A DNA stretch of 64,000 nucleotides from an uncultured virus (IMG/VR IMGVR_UViG_3300018080_000162) (taxonomy: Duplodnaviria > Heunggongvirae > Uroviricota > Caudoviricetes): the IMG/VR virus record IMGVR_UViG_3300018080_000162, one strand, 5' to 3'. The number at the start of each line of letters is the position of its first letter. Position 1 is the stretch's first letter. Made by a program: the position numbers and the translations under genes. Shown here piece by piece: positions 56,342 to 64,000 of the stretch. Under the pieces are notes generated by a model that saw only the letters and a list, made by a program, of their open reading frames with translations, searched no databases and was not told the DNA's origin.

Positions 56342-56927
56342 TGTGATTATCCTTTCTTTGCTAACAGTCTGTGTATGTATAAGGGGAATATAAAAGAATT
56401 ATGTAACGTTATTGAACGTTGATTCAAAGTCACTGATTGAAAATTATCCATTTCTATGCAGTAGTTTTTCTACTGTAAAAATTCTACCGAAAATGGGAAG
56501 AAAGTGGCAGTCAAAAATTGATGGGTCAGTCAGAAATTGACTGTCAAAAATTGATGGGTCGAAAACTGGATTTTTCTCATGGCGCATTCTGTTAGGGAAA
56601 ATCGGCTTGTTTCTCTTTTTGGCGAAAAACGCAGGATGGGTCGTTTTTCAGAAATTGACTTAACAGAATCTTTTTTGCTGTTAGGAGCAAAAGCGAGTAA
56701 CAGAATGCCCTGTGAGATTTTTTGATTTGGGCGCGGGTCGCAGGAGACGGCGGCTCCATGCGTTCTAAGGCATCAAGACGGACAGTTTTGTAACTATTTG
56801 TAATGGAGGGTTGAAATGGCTGGAATCACTCACAACAGAACGGTTACAAGCGGTTACAAAATTCAGGTAAATTATCGGTGGCAGGACATTTTTTCTTTCA
56901 AAAAGTTTGCTGGATTTTTTCGCGAAA

Positions 56928-56939
56928 TCCGTATAGAAT
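56928..56939 (+). promoter_or_regulatory. early-type promoter motif
   Basis: TCCGTATAGAAT. Confidence 0.6.
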
Positions 56940-56959
56940 AGTGCAAGGAGACAGGCACT

Positions 56960-57577
56960 ATGGAAAGCAGACTCAAAGCCGCTTACCAATTCGCTTCCGA
57001 GGCCCATGAGGGCCAGAAGCGAAAGGATACCGGCGACGATTATTTCACGCATCCGATTCGGGTTTCCGCAGCGGTTTGCGCTTATGCTGGTTCGACCGTG
57101 GACATGGCTGTGGCAGCTATGCTTCACGATGTTCTGGAAGACACAAAGGTGACGTTAGAGCAGTTGGAGGAGAGGTTTGGCACGGAGGTCGCTAATCTCT
57201 GTGTGCAGTTGACGAATCCTTCAGTGAATCTTTCGCCGCATGATGGAACACGGGCCAAGCGCAAGGAAATGGACAGGGAGTATTTGGCGACGGTTTCCCG
57301 CGAAGCCAAGATAATCAAGCTGTTCGACCGCATCGACAACGTGATAGATATACGCAAGGTTGACCCGAAGCGCATGGATTGGGCCTTGATGTATCTGGAG
57401 GAGTCGTGGCTGCTGGCTGAAGTGCTCAAGGATGCGGACGAGAAGCTCTATCGGACGCTTCTGGAGACGATTGACGGGACAGCGGAATTCCTGTTCTGCA
57501 CCAGCGACAGGGACAAGCTGGCAGAGTTGAAGGAACGGCATAAAGAAATCCGAAGAAATCTGGAAAAAGAGTGCTGA
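56960..57577 (+). CDS. HD-domain hydrolase (RelA/SpoT small alarmone hydrolase-like)
   Basis: AHEGQKRK..G..YFTHPIRV, AAMLHDVLEDT, IKLFDRIDN. Confidence 0.85.
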   Translation: MESRLKAAYQFASEAHEGQKRKDTGDDYFTHPIRVSAAVCAYAGSTVDMAVAAMLHDVLEDTKVTLEQLEERFGTEVANLCVQLTNPSVNLSPHDGTRAKRKEMDREYLATVSREAKIIKLFDRIDNVIDIRKVDPKRMDWALMYLEESWLLAEVLKDADEKLYRTLLETIDGTAEFLFCTSDRDKLAELKERHKEIRRNLEKEC

Positions 57578-57591
57578 AAATTTCCGAGGGT

Positions 57592-57603
57592 TCCGTATAG
57601 AAG
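57592..57603 (+). promoter_or_regulatory. early-type promoter motif
   Basis: CTGAAA...TCCGTATAGAAG. Confidence 0.6.
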
Positions 57604-57627
57604 GGAAAGCGGAAACAAGCGGAGAAC

Positions 57628-58860
57628 ATGAAAATGGACATTAAGGCAATTGTTGAAAAAGTCGCTCCGGTACTGGAAAAGGTACTTGGGGCCGATTCAT
57701 TTGTGGAGGCGTCTTTCGATGACCCGCGCATCGAGCCTATCAAAGAGCATTTGATGGTGGCGCGGGTCAAGTCGCGTCTGGTGAAAGACCACAATCTCGT
57801 CCTGCATATCAAGATGGAGGAAGAGGTTGTGGGCATCCAGCGTTTCGGGGTCGAGGAGCGCGAGGCCAAGAAAGAGGAGCCGAAGGAAGAGCAGAAGGCC
57901 AAGGCCAAGCCGAAGGCCAAGAGCAAGCCCATTGACCGCAGCAAGCACCAAATCTACGTCCCCAAGGTTTGCGAGAAAATCGAGCAGGTCGTTCTGGACG
58001 TGAATCCCAAGAACGTTATGATTTACGGGCCTACGGGCTGCGGCAAAACCCTGCTGGTGACGCATCTGGCGAAGAAGCACAATGCGGAGTTGTTCCGCTT
58101 CCAGTGCCGTCCTGATTCCGATTCCCGTCTATTCTTTGGTGACAAGACTGTGGAAGTGGACGAGAAGACCGGACAGAATTTCATTAAGTTCATTAAGGGC
58201 CTTGTGGTCAAGGCTATGCAGCATGGGATTGACGAGAAGGGCAACGAGACCGAGAAGTTCGGCTGGCTGCTTTTGGACGAGGTTGGTGTGCTTCCGGCGC
58301 AGGTGTTTGTGAGCTTGAACAGCGTTCTGGAGACGTTCAACGACCGTCGAGAGATTATCATCGAGGAGACGGGCGAGAGAATCAAGAGTCACAGCAAGTT
58401 TCGGATTTTCGCAACGGCGAACACACAGTTGCGCGGCCAGACTTCGCTGGCAATGGCCGGTTACATGGCGCAGACCGAAGCGGCTGATGCTTCCACGATT
58501 GACCGTTTCGGCGCATGGTTCCGGTTCGGCTATTCGAAGCTGGCCGAGCTTCATATCTGCATGGAGAAGCTCGGTGACGACAAGTTGGTCGATTGCCTGT
58601 TGAAGTTTCGTGATGGCGTTCGTGACGGAATCAAGCAGAACACCTTGCACACGCCGTTTTCCACGAGAGACCTTGTGGAAATCTGTGACCATTATCGCAT
58701 CTATGGGAACATGGCTGACGCGCTCTATTACTCTGTGTTCACGCGCCTGCCGGACGAAGAGGTTCCGAAGTACAATGAGTTGGCGACGGTGGCGTTCGGG
58801 CTGGACAGGGGCAAGAGCGTGGTGCAGCAATGCGAAGACGATGACATGGATTACATGTAA
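57628..58860 (+). CDS. MoxR/CobS-like AAA+ ATPase
   Basis: Walker A GPTGCGKT, Walker B LLLDE, IFATANT, STIDRF, FSTR. Confidence 0.88.
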   Translation: MKMDIKAIVEKVAPVLEKVLGADSFVEASFDDPRIEPIKEHLMVARVKSRLVKDHNLVLHIKMEEEVVGIQRFGVEEREAKKEEPKEEQKAKAKPKAKSKPIDRSKHQIYVPKVCEKIEQVVLDVNPKNVMIYGPTGCGKTLLVTHLAKKHNAELFRFQCRPDSDSRLFFGDKTVEVDEKTGQNFIKFIKGLVVKAMQHGIDEKGNETEKFGWLLLDEVGVLPAQVFVSLNSVLETFNDRREIIIEETGERIKSHSKFRIFATANTQLRGQTSLAMAGYMAQTEAADASTIDRFGAWFRFGYSKLAELHICMEKLGDDKLVDCLLKFRDGVRDGIKQNTLHTPFSTRDLVEICDHYRIYGNMADALYYSVFTRLPDEEVPKYNELATVAFGLDRGKSVVQQCEDDDMDYM

Positions 58861-58941
58861 AGGAGTCGTGTTCTCCGCAATAGGGAAGGGAGGAATGTCC
58901 CGCCTCCCTTCCCGCCCTTCGGGGTTTGAAAGGAAAGACCG

Positions 58942-59157
58942 ATGAAGAGCAAGTTGGACAAAGCGATTGAAATGACGGAGCATGAGCTTCAGAAGATGCC
59001 TAACGAGCAGCGCAAGCATATTGAAGTGTTGCTTCAGGCGGCGAAGCTGCTTCCGACATTTGTGGAAGATTTGAGGAGTCGGGATGTTGGTGAAAGATGG
59101 GCGCAGCTTATGGATTTGACCCGTGAACGGACTCCAGAGGAAGTGAGCAATGATTGA
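58942..59157 (+). CDS. hypothetical protein
   Basis: 71 aa with RBS. Confidence 0.55.
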   Translation: MKSKLDKAIEMTEHELQKMPNEQRKHIEVLLQAAKLLPTFVEDLRSRDVGERWAQLMDLTRERTPEEVSND

Positions 59158-59416
59158 CCTTCAGGAAGTCAAACAAGGTGGCGTTTTCAAGTTTGTGCGC
59201 ATTGACGGCATGTATCGTTTTGTGCCGCCTGAAGGCTGTCACGCCGATGCAGTTAAGGAAGGCGAGAAAGCGGAGTCGGCGGGTTTGATTGGGATTCGGG
59301 ATGACTTCTGGAAGTTTCTGGATACGTGGTCGATTAGCCTGAGGGTGGGCACGAGCATTTGGGATGTTGATGGCCTGACGAGGCTGCTGGAAAGACCGCA
59401 TCAGAGCCGATACTGA
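59150..59416 (+). CDS. hypothetical protein
   Basis: 88 aa. Confidence 0.55.
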   Translation: MIDLQEVKQGGVFKFVRIDGMYRFVPPEGCHADAVKEGEKAESAGLIGIRDDFWKFLDTWSISLRVGTSIWDVDGLTRLLERPHQSRY

Positions 59417-59536
59417 TTCCTCTTGTAGGGGGAAGACCAATGTAAAACTTAAATCTTTTGGATAATATTGAGGAACGATTTTCGAATTGTGTATAATAGG
59501 GTAGGAGACTCGAAAGTCTTTTGCCCTATTTCTATT

Positions 59537-60115
59537 ATGACCGAAGAAAGCAATCGTTATCTTGTTTACGCCTTGAAGCATCATTACGTCCATGCGGATG
59601 CTCCGAAGAAGTTGGGCGGTTACAAGATTCGGGGATGGGTCGATGAGATTTACCGAGACGTTATCAACCGGCATATCGAGATTCAGGTTGGCAAGAACAA
59701 GTACGTTTTCGAGGAGCCGAACAGGATTGTGGAAGTGGACGGCGACGTGCTTTTCGTCTACGGTGGTGATAACGTTCGGGACGATGACGAGAGTTTGCTG
59801 AGAGAGTTTCGTGAAGTGACCATACGTGGCGGCGGGTTTGACCGCGCCATGAAAAACTTGGAGCGCGGCTCCATTCTCCTTGTGCATTTCGAGGTTGCCC
59901 ATGACCGCAAGAGACCTAAAACGAGACAGAAACCGGGGAGGCCTAAAAAGCGCGGCGTTAAAAAAGGGAGCACTCGAAAAAATAAAGCAACCAAGCGAAA
60001 AGCAGTACCAAAGCGCAAAGCAGCTACGAAGAAACTACGAAATCACACCGCAGGGAATTCGAAGAAAAAGGCCAAGTGTGGGTCGAAACGAAAAGTGTCC
60101 ATGCGGAAGTGTTGA
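59537..60115 (+). CDS. hypothetical protein
   Basis: follows TATAAT; basic tail overlaps SEC-C ORF. Confidence 0.55.
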   Translation: MTEESNRYLVYALKHHYVHADAPKKLGGYKIRGWVDEIYRDVINRHIEIQVGKNKYVFEEPNRIVEVDGDVLFVYGGDNVRDDDESLLREFREVTIRGGGFDRAMKNLERGSILLVHFEVAHDRKRPKTRQKPGRPKKRGVKKGSTRKNKATKRKAVPKRKAATKKLRNHTAGNSKKKAKCGSKRKVSMRKC

Positions 60116-60170
60116 TGAGAAGGGCAAGAGAAAAAAGTATAAGCATTGTTGCGGGAGGACGGAAACATGA
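59901..60170 (+). CDS. SEC-C motif protein
   Basis: VGRNEKCPCGS...KKYKHCCG. Confidence 0.75.
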   Translation: MTARDLKRDRNRGGLKSAALKKGALEKIKQPSEKQYQSAKQLRRNYEITPQGIRRKRPSVGRNEKCPCGSVDEKGKRKKYKHCCGRTET

Positions 60171-60538
60171 AACGTATCTGGATTACATTCCATCACAATC
60201 ATTCCGAGTTTTACGGACAGGTCGAGGAGGAGCAGTTTCACTTGATTGGGCAGCGGCCCTTGGAGTTCCACAACGTTTTTCTCTTGAGGCAGTTTCCGCA
60301 GAAGTCAAATGTATCGGGCGCGGACGGTCGGCAGATGCAGGGGATGGGTTTGGGGTTCTCGCCGTTCGAGAGTCCGCTGGAGTCGAAAGTGGAAAAGCCC
60401 GTTACGTTCAACACTTCTCAATTTCTCTGCTGGAGCAAAGTCGAATCGCGAACGATTATCGAGACTTTGGCCCAAGCCTTGCTGACCGCCAAGCAGACTC
60501 GAACCGGCAAAAACCCGCCAAAAGCCGAAACCCGCTAA
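60167..60538 (+). CDS. hypothetical protein
   Basis: GGAGG RBS, ATGA coupling. Confidence 0.6.
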   Translation: MKRIWITFHHNHSEFYGQVEEEQFHLIGQRPLEFHNVFLLRQFPQKSNVSGADGRQMQGMGLGFSPFESPLESKVEKPVTFNTSQFLCWSKVESRTIIETLAQALLTAKQTRTGKNPPKAETR

Positions 60539-60670
60539 ATCGCCGTTCTGCGCGGTTTGTTTAACAGAATGCCCTGCGAGATTTTTCAAAGCAGGGCATT
60601 TTCATGCCTGAGAATTATCGGTGGCAGGTCATTTTTTCTTTGAAAAAGTTTGCCGAGAATTTCCGAGCAA

Positions 60671-60682
60671 TCCGTATAGAAG
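60671..60682 (+). promoter_or_regulatory. early-type promoter motif
   Basis: TCCGTATAGAAG. Confidence 0.6.
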
Positions 60683-60699
60683 GTTGAAAGGATAGAACG

Positions 60700-61050
60700 A
60701 TGTGTCGCTATAGTCCCGATAATCCCAAAAACCACTATGCTTGTCTGGATTGCCGAATCACGTTCAAGAAGCATGGCGGCGAGTATCCTTGTCCCAAGTG
60801 CGGCAAGATAATGGTCGCCTTGGGCAGGGATTTCAAGGCACCGCGCAAACAGAACAAAGCGCAGTGGGATAAGGTGCGCAAGCTGTTTGAAGCGGGTTTC
60901 GATTTTGATTCCTGCGGATGCGACGGCCCTGGTTATCGTCCGAAGTATCGGGCTGACGTGAAGCGGTTTCTGAAAGAGTCTCAAGAGGATGGCTACAGGT
61001 TTATACGTCCTGTTCAGAGTCATCGGCGAACGAAGAAATATCAATGGTAA
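60700..61050 (+). CDS. Zn-ribbon hypothetical protein
   Basis: YACLDCR...CPKCG...LGRDFKAPRK. Confidence 0.7.
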   Translation: MCRYSPDNPKNHYACLDCRITFKKHGGEYPCPKCGKIMVALGRDFKAPRKQNKAQWDKVRKLFEAGFDFDSCGCDGPGYRPKYRADVKRFLKESQEDGYRFIRPVQSHRRTKKYQW

Positions 61051-61056
61051 TATTGA

Positions 61057-61135
61057 CAGGGTGTGGGGAAGTCTGGCCTAACCCGCTTGGTTTGGAACCA
61101 AGAGAACGCTGGTTCGAATCCAGCCGCCCTGACCA
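61057..61135 (+). tRNA. tRNA-Pro(TGG)
   Basis: acceptor CAGGGTG/CGCCCTG, anticodon arm CTTGG-TTTGGAA-CCAAG, T-arm GCTGG-TTCGAAT-CCAGC, encoded CCA. Confidence 0.92.
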
Positions 61136-61153
61136 ATTGAAAGGAGAGATGAC

Positions 61154-61621
61154 ATGAAGATGGAATGCAGCGAGTGTGGTGCCGTCATGGAAGTCGGGAA
61201 GGATGTTGTGTCGGTTCTTTGCAGTCTTTGCACCTGCCACGTGAAGGGCATTGCGGCTCCTTCGATGACGACTCCCAAACGGGCCGATGGGAGCTATCCT
61301 GTCCCCGTGGGCAAGGTGGTCGATGTTGCAAAGCCGGTTGAGGAGGAGAAGCCGAAACGCAAGCGGCAAAAGCGTGAGTCGAATCCCACGTATCGGGTGG
61401 TGATTCAGAAGAGTTCACAAAAGCCGAAGCGCGGAAAGAAGTCGATTTACGGCGCGATGATTCTGAGCTATCTCAGGGAACACCAGACGGCTGAGTTCAA
61501 CGAGTTGCTGGCCCTGTACGAGCAGAAGAAGAACGGCAGCGGCAACGGTCGGCAGTTGATGAATTTCCGCGCTCTGATGTACTCGATGGAAAAGAGCGGC
61601 AAAGTTCAAGTGGTGGCATAG
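61154..61621 (+). CDS. Zn-ribbon + basic/wHTH-like hypothetical
   Basis: CSECG...CSLC. Confidence 0.65.
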   Translation: MKMECSECGAVMEVGKDVVSVLCSLCTCHVKGIAAPSMTTPKRADGSYPVPVGKVVDVAKPVEEEKPKRKRQKRESNPTYRVVIQKSSQKPKRGKKSIYGAMILSYLREHQTAEFNELLALYEQKKNGSGNGRQLMNFRALMYSMEKSGKVQVVA

Positions 61622-61635
61622 AAAGGAAGTGTATC

Positions 61636-61911
61636 ATGGGCAGAATGTATGAAGCCGGAATCGCTGAAGCGGTGGGAGAGGGTTACATTGACCGAGAGCA
61701 GGGGTTGCGCCTGCATCTGAGCGCGAATTTTTATCCTCCGCATCCGAGCTACGTGATTGACAGCACGGTGGAAGGGTTCAAGAAGTATTGGGCTGGAGAA
61801 ATCAGTCTGGACGAGCTTCGAGAAGCCTGCTATCTGCGTGATACGGCAGGCCTCTACAAGTATTTCCACTGCTTCCTGCGTGAGGAAGACGGTGGTTTGA
61901 TGGAAGACTGA
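61636..61911 (+). CDS. hypothetical protein
   Basis: HLSANFYPPHP motif. Confidence 0.65.
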   Translation: MGRMYEAGIAEAVGEGYIDREQGLRLHLSANFYPPHPSYVIDSTVEGFKKYWAGEISLDELREACYLRDTAGLYKYFHCFLREEDGGLMED

Positions 61912-61940
61912 GTGCATTCCCGTTCGTTCTCCTTTCACGT

Positions 61941-61972
61941 GTCCCCGACTGCAATGGTCGGGGACTTTTTTT
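61941..61972 (+). terminator. intrinsic terminator
   Basis: GTCCCCGAC-loop-GTCGGGGAC followed by T7. Confidence 0.85.
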
Positions 61973-62010
61973 CAGTTCTTAGAAAATAAGTGCTGAAATT
62001 CTACGAGCAA

Positions 62011-62022
62011 TCCGTATAGAAG
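62011..62022 (+). promoter_or_regulatory. early-type promoter motif
   Basis: CTGAAA...TCCGTATAGAAG. Confidence 0.6.
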
Positions 62023-62037
62023 AGTGGATAGGAAACT

Positions 62038-62979
62038 ATGACAGAAAAGGAGAACGCTATGGGTTACGAGGATGCACCTGCAACGCGAATGCTGGCGACT
62101 CATTGCATCATTTGTGGCAGGCCGCTGGTGGACGCAACGAGTGTGGAAGTAGGCATGGGGCCTGAGTGCAGGGGCTACGCTCCTGACAGCGGCCCTGAGC
62201 ATGAGAAGGCCAACAAGCTGGTGTTCGAAGCGGCTCTGGCTGCACAGGCTGGACGCATCGAGGACGTGCTGGCTGCTGCTGACGAAATCGAGAAGGCGGG
62301 CTACGCGAAGCTGGCCGAGAAGGTGCGTAGGCGGTTCAAGAAGGGCGCGGCCAAGGCCCGTCGCAATCCTGACATCGAAATCGTCGTGGATGGTGACACG
62401 CTGCTTGTCAAAACCCCTTATCGCAGAAAGGGTTCTGACGAGTTCGTGCAGGCGTGGCGCGACATCCCCGGTCGGCGTTACGACCGCAATTCCAATCGCA
62501 ACCGTATTCCCGTGACTGAGAAGGCCGCGCTGTGGGCATTGCTGCGGAAGTTCTTCGCAGGCAAGTACGGTATCGGCCCAAAGGGTGTCTTCCGCGTGGA
62601 GACCCCTGAGGCTGCGTCTGAGGCCTCTGAGGAGGCTTCCGAGGCGAAATCCGAGTCCAAGCCTGCGGCTCCCAAGAAACGCTCTTTACACGCGCTTCTG
62701 GCTGAGCGTGGGCATGAGCACGTGGGTTGCACGGAGTTCGAGATTTGGGTGGAGTCCGAGCATGACGTGTGGGTGTGGGGATTCGGAACGTATCCGCGCT
62801 GGTCGGTGTTGGCTGGACAGGACATGCAGAAGCGCATCGAGGGTTTCGATTCTCTGGAAGAGGCCAAGGCGGTTTATCCGATGCTGCCTGTGGTTGATGG
62901 CAAGCCGATGAGGGTGGCGGCTTCGTCCGATGTGGCTCCTGACTGGTTCGACCCGATGGCTGCTGGCGAAGAGTGGTAA
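62038..62979 (+). CDS. DUF6011-like Zn-finger multi-domain protein
   Basis: CIICGRPLVDATSVEVGMGPEC; middle IPGRRYD segment. Confidence 0.7.
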   Translation: MTEKENAMGYEDAPATRMLATHCIICGRPLVDATSVEVGMGPECRGYAPDSGPEHEKANKLVFEAALAAQAGRIEDVLAAADEIEKAGYAKLAEKVRRRFKKGAAKARRNPDIEIVVDGDTLLVKTPYRRKGSDEFVQAWRDIPGRRYDRNSNRNRIPVTEKAALWALLRKFFAGKYGIGPKGVFRVETPEAASEASEEASEAKSESKPAAPKKRSLHALLAERGHEHVGCTEFEIWVESEHDVWVWGFGTYPRWSVLAGQDMQKRIEGFDSLEEAKAVYPMLPVVDGKPMRVAASSDVAPDWFDPMAAGEEW

Positions 62980-63007
62980 AGCGTTTTCCGTTGTTCTCCT
63001 TTCATGC

Positions 63008-63036
63008 GCCCGACTCTTGTGAGTCGGGCTTTTTTT
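63008..63036 (+). terminator. intrinsic terminator
   Basis: GCCCGACTC-TTGT-GAGTCGGGC followed by T-run. Confidence 0.85.
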
Positions 63037-63182
63037 ATGGTGTAACACTGTAACGGTGTAACAGGCGAAACTGGCGAAAACCCCGTTCTGCGCGGTTTGT
63101 TTAACAGAATGACCAGTGAGATTTTTCGCTTAGAAACCATTTCGAGAAATTCAGAAAAATAGTGCTGAGAATTTTCGAGGCT

Positions 63183-63194
63183 TCCGTATAGAAG
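63183..63194 (+). promoter_or_regulatory. early-type promoter motif
   Basis: TCCGTATAGAAG. Confidence 0.6.
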
Positions 63195-63212
63195 AGTGAA
63201 AGGAGAAACGAA

Positions 63213-63551
63213 ATGAAACCGAGCAGGTGTCCCAAGTGCGGCAAGCGAAAGAGCAGGGATGCAATCCTGTGCAGAAAGTGTTTTGACAAAGCCATGTCGA
63301 ACAAGAACCATGACTGGCGCGGCTTGTGGGCCGAGTTCAACAAAGCCACTGAAGAGCGTTGGGTGACGTGGCGATTCCAGCGCGGGAGAATCAAGAAGCT
63401 GGTGGAAAAGAAGTACCGGCGCAAAATTAACTGGCTCAAAGTCTGGCGCGAGTTCAACGACTGGTACAGGCAAGAAGCATGGTACAGCGGTTGGACGGCT
63501 CAGAAGAACAAAATCCGGCGCATCATAATCAGGCACGTTGAAGGTTGGTAA
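63213..63551 (+). CDS. hypothetical Zn-ribbon, Trp-rich protein
   Basis: CPKCG...CRKC; duplicated WxxxWxEFN motif. Confidence 0.65.
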   Translation: MKPSRCPKCGKRKSRDAILCRKCFDKAMSNKNHDWRGLWAEFNKATEERWVTWRFQRGRIKKLVEKKYRRKINWLKVWREFNDWYRQEAWYSGWTAQKNKIRRIIIRHVEGW

Positions 63552-63582
63552 GGGAACAGAGAACGCGAAAGGAGAGAAGTTT

Positions 63583-64000
63583 ATGACAATCACAGAGCGA
63601 AAAGTGGTTGAAATGCTGAGGGAAAACACAGGGGTTGCCATGTGCGATTCCGGTGGGACTCCGAAGTACGACAAGGACGGGAAGTACATCGGCAGCGAGT
63701 ACGGCTACGGGCGAAGCTACGAGCGGAACCGTGGTCGGAAATTCAAGGATGAGCCTGCTGCGGTGCTTGAGGGCGGCTACGGCGAAATCAGTGTGACCCG
63801 AAACGTTTTCCACTTCATCGTGGAAAATGCCACGTATGACGCCAAAGAGACGAAGCGGTTCAATCGGTGGGCCAAGCGCGTGGACAAAAACAATCACAAG
63901 GGCTGGCTTGAATTGATGGAAGCCTATCCCTACTGGCTGAGGGATGACAGGGGCCATGAGGTCGGCGGTCTGTACGGGGATGGCGAACCCTGCACGGTCA
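63583..64000 (+). CDS. hypothetical protein (partial, runs off window)
   Basis: MTITERKVVEMLRENTGVAMCDSGG..., no in-frame stop noticed before the window end. Confidence 0.6.
   Translation, partial: MTITERKVVEMLRENTGVAMCDSGGTPKYDKDGKYIGSEYGYGRSYERNRGRKFKDEPAAVLEGGYGEISVTRNVFHFIVENATYDAKETKRFNRWAKRVDKNNHKGWLELMEAYPYWLRDDRGHEVGGLYGDGEPCTV

Noticed and set aside
58882..58912. GGGAAGGGAGG/CCTCCCTTCCC hairpin as an ncRNA
   Set aside because: Isolated stem after the AAA gene; more simply a terminator-like or stabilising hairpin.
61019..61032. 14-nt match GTCATCGGCGAACG to spacer 2
   Set aside because: The flanks do not match and a hit this short can arise by chance. No full self-targeting was seen by eye, though the search was not exhaustive.
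61384..61393. TCCCACGTAT matching part of the CRISPR repeat
   Set aside because: Only 10 nt, inside a coding region.

Overview
The window looks like part of a large (jumbo-type) phage genome. Genes are dense, short and almost all on the + strand. There is one tRNA-Pro and recurring early-promoter-like motifs, and no structural or core replication genes are recognisable. Three things dominate. (1) About 90 copies (counted by eye) of one small Cys/Trp-rich protein module, pattern MLxKx(I/V)CxxC...W...W...CP...PPxxCP(F/Y)xLEH, here called 'ZLEH'. They sit in overlapping tandem runs from about 0.6 to 52 kb, with conserved gene-to-gene junctions and hypervariable middles. (2) A 606-aa TnpB/Cas12-like RuvC protein with a rearranged catalytic site, followed by a structured ~200-nt intergenic stretch and an 11-repeat CRISPR array with a type I-E-like 29-nt repeat. 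No cas1/cas2/tnpA is visible in the window. (3) A five-gene operon: PncA, vWA(TerY-like), PP2C, kinase, PncB. Other cargo: CobT-like vWA and CobS-like AAA+, Cdc123/R2K ATP-grasp, MazG, RmlC, macrodomain, thermonuclease, glycosyltransferase fusion, radical SAM, methyltransferase, tyrosine phosphatase, HD hydrolase and HNH. A repeat-rich zone with a GC-skew flip lies at about 52-57 kb. All calls come from reading motifs by eye; no database searches were run, and many start codons were adjusted manually.
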